This document shows, one piece after another, positions 55,977 to 64,000 of a stretch of 64,000 nt of DNA. Source of the DNA: the human T2T-CHM13v2.0 reference genome, Homo sapiens; NCBI RefSeq assembly GCF_009914755.1, contig NC_060929.1; one strand, 5' to 3'. The notes below the pieces were generated by a model. The model was not told where the DNA came from and made no database searches. It was given only the letters and a program-made list of their open reading frames with translations. Each line of letters starts with the position of its first letter. The first letter of the stretch is position 1. The position numbers and the translations under genes are program-made.

Positions 55977-58130
55977 TTAAAAATCACAAACCATTCTGAT
56001 TTAACCATTTCTTTGCAATCTAATATTTGATCTCAAAAATTAAGCAAAGATTAACTAATGTTAGCAAAAAGGCTTTTTTGAGGCTCTGAAACAATACAGT
56101 CCAAGGACATGCAAAATAAAGAGCAATAAAATGAGCTTAGATATCATTTAGTCCTTTTTTGTTGTTGTTTTAGTTTTATAAATGAGGAAAGTTAACTCAA
56201 GACCACAGGAGTTTGTAGCCAATAAAGACCCAAAACTTAGCAGAAGTTCTCAAAGCCCACCATGTGCATGCGACATGCAACCTGGTTTCATCTCTGCAGT
56301 ACACAGAGTTCTGGACAGATGGGGGACTCTGGGTGTGTCTGTGGCCAGGCAAGTGTCCCTATAGGGGCAGCGAAGGAGGAAAATGAATCCTATGGCTGGC
56401 ACCTTTTCCTCTTATAAATCCTTTTTGCTTTCTCTTGCCTGTCTATAAAGCAGAATCACACCTTGACGCAGGGGCTCAACACATAACATGGCTGAGCAAT
56501 TGGTGCTCTCTCACTACTCCACCCTGTCACAATCTGAGCACAGGCCCACATTCTGCAAACTTCCTTGCTGGTGGCCTCTTCTCTTCTTCTTTCAAAGTGG
56601 CATGGCACCAGATGCCATGGCCCCATTCCATTTACCTTGGAGTAGGTAGCAAAAGCAAAACTGGGACCTGCCATCCCAACTTGTACATCTTCCCACTGAA
56701 AGCAGGTCATCTTTCTCTGCTTAGCACTCTTTAAATGCCTTGTTAGGGGAACAAAAAAATTCTCTTTCACATGCGTTAAAAAGTCTAATATTTTGTCAAA
56801 CAGAAATGAAAAATAAACCTAATCTAAGCTGTCAAAGAATCATGAAATGCCTCTGGCACTTCCATCAAAGTATGCAGAATTGTACGAACTCTTTGAAGAA
56901 ATGAAACTGCAGTTTATCAAGTGTGATTTATAAGCAACACTGATTTAGCTGGTAGATAACACTGCTGTCTAATCATTAGTAGTCAGACAACAGCCATGTG
57001 AACACATCAATTATGGGCCACTGCCAAAAGCCCTTGAGATCTTGGAGATTAACAGCCAATCCTCTGTTTTACAAGCTCACATCAAAAAGAATATTAATAA
57101 GAGGAGGGGCGATGTGAAAGCTTGTCAGAGTAATTCAGCCACTAAAACAAGGCATTTTTTTTTCCTCTCTTCTCTGTTGAATTGGCCCAAGGAAGAAGCT
57201 GGCATCAGCTACAAAGTGCAATGCTGCCAATTTCTTGGAAAATGTTTTTCACTAGCATATGGGAACTTGTAAGGGTCTGCAAAACCGCTATTTGGTGAAT
57301 AAAGACAGGCAAGCCTTCTCCATGTCCCTTTTTAATGCTGGAATGAAACAAATGGAGTCATTATTAAATTATTTTTAAATTAACATGCACAATAGGAAAT
57401 CCACTGGCTTTTTCTCTACCCTCAAAATCAGAAATTTTGTAAAATCTCATTACATATATGCCATTTTTAATACTTCTGCCTTCCACCAATATGTAACTAA
57501 GAGAAACTACTAGTACGGACCTGCACATTAATGAGTTTCTTGAAATTAACATGGTTCTTTTCAATGTAGAACAAAAATCAAAATGTGTGCCAAGTGCTTA
57601 CATTTTTTCTTTCCAACTATTTGAAGAAGACAGATATAAATCCCACTGATATTTCTGCAATTAGAATTAAACTAGCTCTGACAACCCATACATAGAAAGC
57701 ACTTGCAAAAATGTATGTCACAGGCACAGCGTTCGTTTCAGTGATGTCTGTATTTAACACACACACCAGTGAGGATTGCTATATTTTTGTAAATGATCAG
57801 ACTAAACCAAACAGCTGGCAACTAACAGTTTAGTGGGGTTCCAGCAGGCTCCCTAATGTATGAACATAAGCCACACTGCGAAATGTGTGGCCTGGGTTTC
57901 CCTGCCACTTACAGATTTGTTTGCATTCATATCTGTAGAACACTATATTTACAAAGTGTTTTCCTGTTACTTCATTTGTTGTTCACCACTTCAAAATCAG
58001 CATGGGGTGGTGGGAAAAACATTAGGAGAGGAAAAAGAAGCATGGGGTTCCTATTGCTTCTCAGTAGTTAAGCTATTTGCCCCCTAAGTCAGTTACTTAA
58101 TTCAAGGGCTTGTTGACAAGCAATGGTTAA

Positions 58131-58191
58131 ATCAAAGATTCTTTATGTGGGGATCAAAGATTCTTAATCTGGGGTTCAAAGATTTGTGGGG
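58131..58191. repeat. Three-copy 22-bp tandem repeat carrying WTCAAAG motifs
   Basis: atcaaagattctttatgtgggg / atcaaagattcttaatctgggg / ttcaaagatttgtgggg. Confidence 0.8.
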
Positions 58192-59817
58192 CCTCAGAAA
58201 CCTTGTAATTACAGAAGCAAAGGTTTCTGCGTTTGTGTACTTTCTCTCTTCCTTTTCCTGGAGAGAGAGTCCATACATGCCCAGTAAAATCCTAACCTAC
58301 CTAGGAGATGAGAACTGACCCAGTGGCAAATTCAAGGGCAAGAGCTGTGCTTCTTCTTCATTACAATGCATACTCAATAAACATTTGCTAGACTAAAAGC
58401 ACAGGCATTCATTCTAAACCTCAGTTTCTTCACCTGTGAGCCAGAGCAATGACATACTCTCTTATGATCGTTGAAGTCTGTCAAAACAACAACAACAACA
58501 ATAACAAAACAACCAACAGGAGTATGGCTTTGGAAGTACTTAAACATAATTTAAGGTGCTACTGAATTCAACAAATGTTCCTTGGGCAGCTAGATGCCAG
58601 GCACTGTATAGAGATTACAAATTATTCATTGTATTTTTTATTTTAGAAAAGAAATAGCCTTCTCAGTAAGTAATTTATCTGAGCGAATGTATTTGGGGGC
58701 AAGCGGGGTGTCTCAAAAAGGAAACTCTTCCTAGGCTTTGTTGATACTGTATTAGAAGCTCACCACAAAAGATGTTAGATTTCTTGTTAATAGGTGTCAT
58801 CATCTTCTTTTATAATATATCTGACTATGAGGTTTCTCTATCACCTTTCTGATTATGAAGTTTCTTTTTTCTACCACTTTTCTGGCAAAAATTGTGAATG
58901 GTAAGAAATATAAAACTTAGTAGAGGCTCTACAAAAACCACAACCATGCTATAGCTATCTAACACAGCAACACCGGAATTCATTCAGGTGAAACAGACTT
59001 TCATGGTAAACATGTATAGCTTCAATCTGTTAAATGTATACTGAAAAGTATACTTTTTGGAAAAATAAATTTTAATAACATGTTGTGTTTAACGGGCAAC
59101 TTCCAGGTAAAAATAAATCCAACCACTGTTCTTTTCAACAACAATTATGGCTATGAATGACCTATGATTAAAGTGTCAGAATGGGCCGCACTTCATGTTC
59201 TTACACAAATTTCAACAGAGATAAAGGGGCCAAATTCATGCCTGAGCTCATAATATCTAATTACACTCCCAACTCCTGGGCTGGCTTTTTTTTCCTTTTT
59301 CTTTATCTTCTCCCCCACCCCCACCCCGCAAATTAAATCATTAACTTGGTTTAAACAACTTTCCCAAGGTCACACCTAAGCTATATGTTATAATAAACGC
59401 TTCTCTCTTACTTTTGAATAATGACTTAAAGAAAAAAGTAGCATTTCATTTTAGCCCTGAAAGTCATGTGGATAACAAAGAAATCATCAGACAAAAATCT
59501 GCCTAATGCAGATTTTTGCAAACAGGATGCCATGACAGTTTGTTATTCTGAGAGCATGACCCTTCTGAATAAGTCATCTTTATTCTTTAAAACTCAATAG
59601 GCATGCTCTACCAAACTGGGGAAACCAGGTGCAATATAACTGATTATACAGATGACAATACTGTTAAAGAATTAAAAATGTCACATAAATGCAAGATAGA
59701 TAATTCCCATCAATGTTTTTGCCAACGATCTCTACATGGAAGAAAAGACAAAAGATGTGGACCCCATGGAGACAGTTTTAAGGCTCTTTTTTCCTCTGTA
59801 ACCCTACTAAAAGAGAA

Positions 59818-59965
59818 TCCAATTCAACAAATATTGACTGAGCATTTCCTGTAAGAGGGCTCAGTGCTAGGCGCTGGGGAGATAAAAACAAATAAGATGG
59901 CATCCATGCCCTCAGGGGTTCCAGGCTGGCAGGGGAAACATGCGCTCACACACCACAGAACAAAA
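59818..59965 (-). mobile_element. L2 3' end
   Basis: attcaacaaatattgactgagca...tgctaggcgctggggagataaaa...tgccctcagggg. Confidence 0.75.
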
Positions 59966-60132
59966 CAGCAAAAGTGTAGATAAACGACATGTGTTTCCAG
60001 AGCAATAAATAGAAATGGGGGAAATTACAACTGTTTTGGAACAGTAAAGATAGTCAGACAACATAACCAAGAAGCAACTAAGGCTCAGAGCCAGTAGCTG
60101 TTGCCCAAGGGTCATAAAAGAACTCAGAGCCA

Positions 60133-60419
60133 GGCCGGGCACAGTGGCTCACGCCTGTAATCTCAACACTTTGGGAGGCTGAGGCGGGTGGATCGTCTGA
60201 GGTCAGGGGTTCAAGACCAGCCTGGCCAACATGGTGAAACCCCATCTCTACTTTAAAAATACAAAAATTACCCAGGCGAGGTGGCGGGCGCCTGTCATCC
60301 CAGCTACTCGGAAGGAAGGCTGTAGCAGGAGAATTGCTTGAACCAAGGAAGCCGAGGTTACAGTGAGCCGAGATCGTACCACTGCACTCCAGCCTGGGCG
60401 ACAGAATGAGACTCTGTCT

Positions 60420-60452
<33 letters not shown>
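60133..60452 (+). mobile_element. AluSx-like
   Basis: Full dimer, 32-A tail; TSD aaaagaactca(g/a)agcca. Confidence 0.96.
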
Positions 60453-60457
<5 letters not shown>

Positions 60458-61054
60458 CAAAGCCAAATCATCAAGTGGGACCAGTCCCCCAATTCCCAGT
60501 TCTAGAGCTTCTCTCCCTGGATCATGACCCAGGTAGAAATCAAGAGTAAAAGGTCTGCAGGAGGGAACAATCTACCTAAAGGCCACATGTGGCCAACATC
60601 AGCAGGACTTACTGGCTACCTCCACACTGAGAGCACAAGAGCAACATGGCAATTTTCTGAAGCCCAGCTGACTAGAAGAGATGACCTGCATAGATCAGAC
60701 CTATAGCAGTAATACTTACAACTTCATGCTTTATACACTCCCAAAACGTTTCCCCCTGCCTCCATGGCAATTATCTACATTCTACTAAACCAAAATGGCT
60801 AACTAAGCAAAGCTATGGCTCATCTTTACTACTTAAGCAATTCATTTGTGCAGGGATGTTTCTGCCCTAAGATTCCGGGAAACATCAGTAAGTGTATTTA
60901 CCGGCTGTAAATATTCCTAGGGCTGGAGCTGCAAATCATTAGTCCTTTTGCCTCCCATTTGACCAAGTACACTAATTAACCACCTGTAAAACACCTTAAT
61001 GAAGTCATATTTAAAGCAATACTGTGATGATTTTTCTATAAATAAACCCTTAAA

Positions 61055-61056
<2 letters not shown>

Positions 61057-61100
<44 letters not shown>
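61057..61100. repeat. (AC)~22 microsatellite
   Basis: Perfect AC run. Confidence 0.98.
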
Positions 61101-61103
<3 letters not shown>

Positions 61104-61512
61104 AGAAATTCTAATAACTATTCCTAACATCTCCCTTTTGAGAAAGGGCAGGGAGGTGGGGGTTGAGGGTTGGAGAAGATATCTTCAAATAAGCTATCTG
61201 AAGCTTTTGCTAAATGCATACAAAGGAGCCAACCTTTAGAGTTGGAGAATCAGAATAGGGGTTAGGAAGCCTGAGACTGAATATTTGTGGAAATGAAAAC
61301 AATTAAGCACTCTTCGGATAATTCAGATGCACAGCTATGATTAAGAAATAATATTTATATTAAGAGTTCAATAATTCTGTATACTGGATCAAAAATTATT
61401 TAAGTAGAAATACGACCCCCAAACCCAAGAAGGTATGTATCATAACTTCCAGTTAAAGACCATAAAAATAGTTCAACTACCATAAAAGCAGTAGGAGACT
61501 TTAAAAAAAAAA

Positions 61513-61785
61513 TTTTTTTTTTTTTTTTGAGACAAGGTCTTTCTGTGTTTCCCAGGCTGGAGTGCAGTGGCACGATCTTGGCTCACTGCAGCCTCCGCCT
61601 CCCCAGTTCAAGCAATTCTCGGTTCTCAGCCTCTCAAATAGGTGGGATTACAGGCACGCGACACCACTCCCAGCTACAAGGTTTCTCCATATTGGCCAGG
61701 CTGGTTTTGCATTCCTGGTCTCAGGTGATTCACCCGCCTCTGCCTCCCAAAGTACTGGGATTATAGGCGTGAGCCGCGCCCTGCC
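61513..61785 (-). mobile_element. AluS with the middle linker deleted
   Basis: Poly-T, reverse Alu; cccagcta joins directly to caaggtttctccat. Confidence 0.92.
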
Positions 61786-61869
61786 TTATAGTCAGATTTA
61801 TAATTCATTGCCTTTTATGGCTAAGGGGTTTTGTATTGGTTTAGGGAGACATTTCTTACTCCAAGGTTA

Positions 61870-62172
<303 letters not shown>

Positions 62173-62229
62173 ATCAATGAATCTGACTATACAGTTTAAG
62201 ATATTTGCACGGAGTAGGGGGAGGAACAG

Positions 62230-62880
62230 CATAAACAGAATCAAACGACAAATGAAGAGATGGGAAAAAATATTTGCAAAGCACATAAAAAAATTTGCAA
62301 AACACATGAAAAAATTATATATTTAATTATTATACACTGAAATACTTTAAAATAAGAAATGGCCAACAACTCACTAGATAATCAAAGGTTATAAATTATC
62401 AATATTTAGGAAAATAAATACAATGGCTTGTACCCATGAAAAATGCAAATTAAAATAATAGATTACTATCAGATTAGCACAGATTAAAGCCAGAAAATTA
62501 TAACTCACAGTATTAAATTGTAGAAATTACAGGCAATTCATGTTCCACCATTGCTGGGAATGCAAACGGATGCAATCAAGTTGGGGGGCAATTAAATTTT
62601 GAAACACACATGTGCAAAGATGTTCAAAGGAACATTTTAAAGGTGCAGATCAGTTTCTTTAATATGCTGTGATTTGTATAAGGGGACAAAAATATAAATA
62701 TATATTCTTGAACATACGGGGACTATTTCGAGGACATACAAAACTGTTCAAAATAATTGGCTCTAGGGAACAGTCTGGGGGGCATAAGGGGGAAGTAAAA
62801 CCTACTTTTCATTATATAACATTTTAGTGTAGTTTGAACTTTTACCAATTTCTGACCTCTTTTTTTAATTTAAAAAAAAT
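62230..62880 (+). mobile_element. Degenerate L1ME-type fragment
   Basis: tgggaaaaaatatttgcaa, aatgcaaattaaaa, tgctgggaatgcaaa, acttttcattatataacattttagtgtagtttgaactttttacca-like 3' end. Confidence 0.6.
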
Positions 62881-63089
62881 AGTCAAAAAGTAATAAATGC
62901 AACTAATTTCTCAGGGCTCTGGACCAGTCTCCTAAGTAGGAGACATGGTCAAACCCAGGGAGTATGCAAAGAGTGCAAAAAAAAAAAAAAAAAAAGACTG
63001 GCATTTCTATTTATATTATTACCTCATCATTTCCAATTTTTTGTTATTTGTAACTTTAGTAAACATCAGCTATATTAATTCAACAGCAC

Positions 63090-63115
63090 GTGTGTGTGTG
63101 TGTGTGTGTGTGTGT
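63090..63115. repeat. (GT)~13 microsatellite
   Basis: Perfect GT run. Confidence 0.95.
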
Positions 63116-63399
63116 ACACAACCAGAGACACCTGGAATACGTTCTCTGGGGAAAGTAATACTCTTTCAATTAATGTCTTCAGAGAAAGGTACCATTTTGT
63201 CCACTCTCTGAAAAAGGACTCAGTATTTACGATCTTGCATGTGAAATCAGTTAATATAATTCACACGGGGTAACATCATCTCCCTCAACCACTGAGAAAT
63301 GAGAATGAAATCAAAAGCCAGAGGTTAAGCTTAGGATCAGTTCCCACACACTGAGATACGTTTAGAACTTAAGTCACAGCCTGTCCCTCCTCTGCGCAA

Positions 63400-63962
63400 A
63401 GCCCCCCAGTCTCTCCCACCTTTCTGAGTCTTACTTGGTTCTGGAAGGCTCTCTGGAGCCTGGCCTCAAGCTCCATCTTAGATTTCATCTTCTGGAACTC
63501 TCCTCTCTCCCTCATCCAGCTTCAGTCACTCTGGTGTCTCCTCAAACACACCAAATACACTCTCCCTCTCCTCGACCCCCGGGGGGATTGTACACAGGTC
63601 CTGGGTCTAAAAAGTTCCCTCCACAAGGGGGCCAAATGGCTCCTAACTGTACTCAGGTCCCTACTCAAACATAAACAAATAAAATTCTTCTTTTCCACCA
63701 TCTCTTTCTACCACCTTCTCCTGCTTGATTCTCCCTTATAGCACGTAACGCCAACCAAAATATATTTATTTGTCTGGAATAAATTTGAATATAAGCTTCA
63801 TGATAGCAGAGACTTGGTTTCTTCACTACTGTACCTCCAGGACCCAGACTGTGCTAGGCATATAATAGACATTCAAAAAAATGTTTGCTGAGGAAATATT
63901 TTTACTAGGTATTTTTGCTGGGTAAACAAAGTAAGGAATGAATAAAGGAATGAACAAATGAA
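63400..63962 (+). mobile_element. L2 3' segment
   Basis: ctcctcaaacacaccaa...gaatataagcttcatgatagcagagactt...cactactgtacctccag...gaatgaataaaggaatgaa. Confidence 0.75.
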
Positions 63963-64000
63963 AGAACAGATTGAGACCTGCTTTTATACCTCCCCCATTC

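Noticed and set aside
63620-63635. CTCF-like motif CCACAAGGGGGCC
   Set aside because: Two departures from the core consensus and located in an L2 remnant; cannot be supported without ChIP data.

Overview
Primate (human or close great-ape) genomic DNA, not prokaryotic: AT-rich, CpG-depleted, with about 22 Alus plus MIR, L2, old L1/HAL1, MLT1 and MER5/MER58 elements. The window appears to lie entirely inside one large minus-strand gene. The only supported coding sequence is a single 256-bp internal exon (39729->39474, AG/GT boundaries, phase 0 in, phase 1 out) encoding [13 protein letters not shown]...[20 protein letters not shown](G), which I recognise as ZNF608 (Scribbler/Brakeless family; paralog ZNF609). 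No other exon was recognised in the ~24 kb upstream or ~39 kb downstream. Best lead: if this exon is back-spliced into a circle, an out-of-frame AUG 15 nt before the donor reads across the junction into the native frame, runs a full lap and stops at a TGA just past the second junction crossing. That gives a circle-only 91-aa ORF (276 nt on a 256-nt circle). Oppositely oriented Alus flank the exon. Smaller leads: a 3x22-bp TCF/LEF-site array, a ~120-bp diverged duplication, and a CpG/GC-box/G-quadruplex patch that may be an internal promoter or enhancer. Repeat family calls are by eye from remembered consensus sequences; boundaries of old repeats are approximate.
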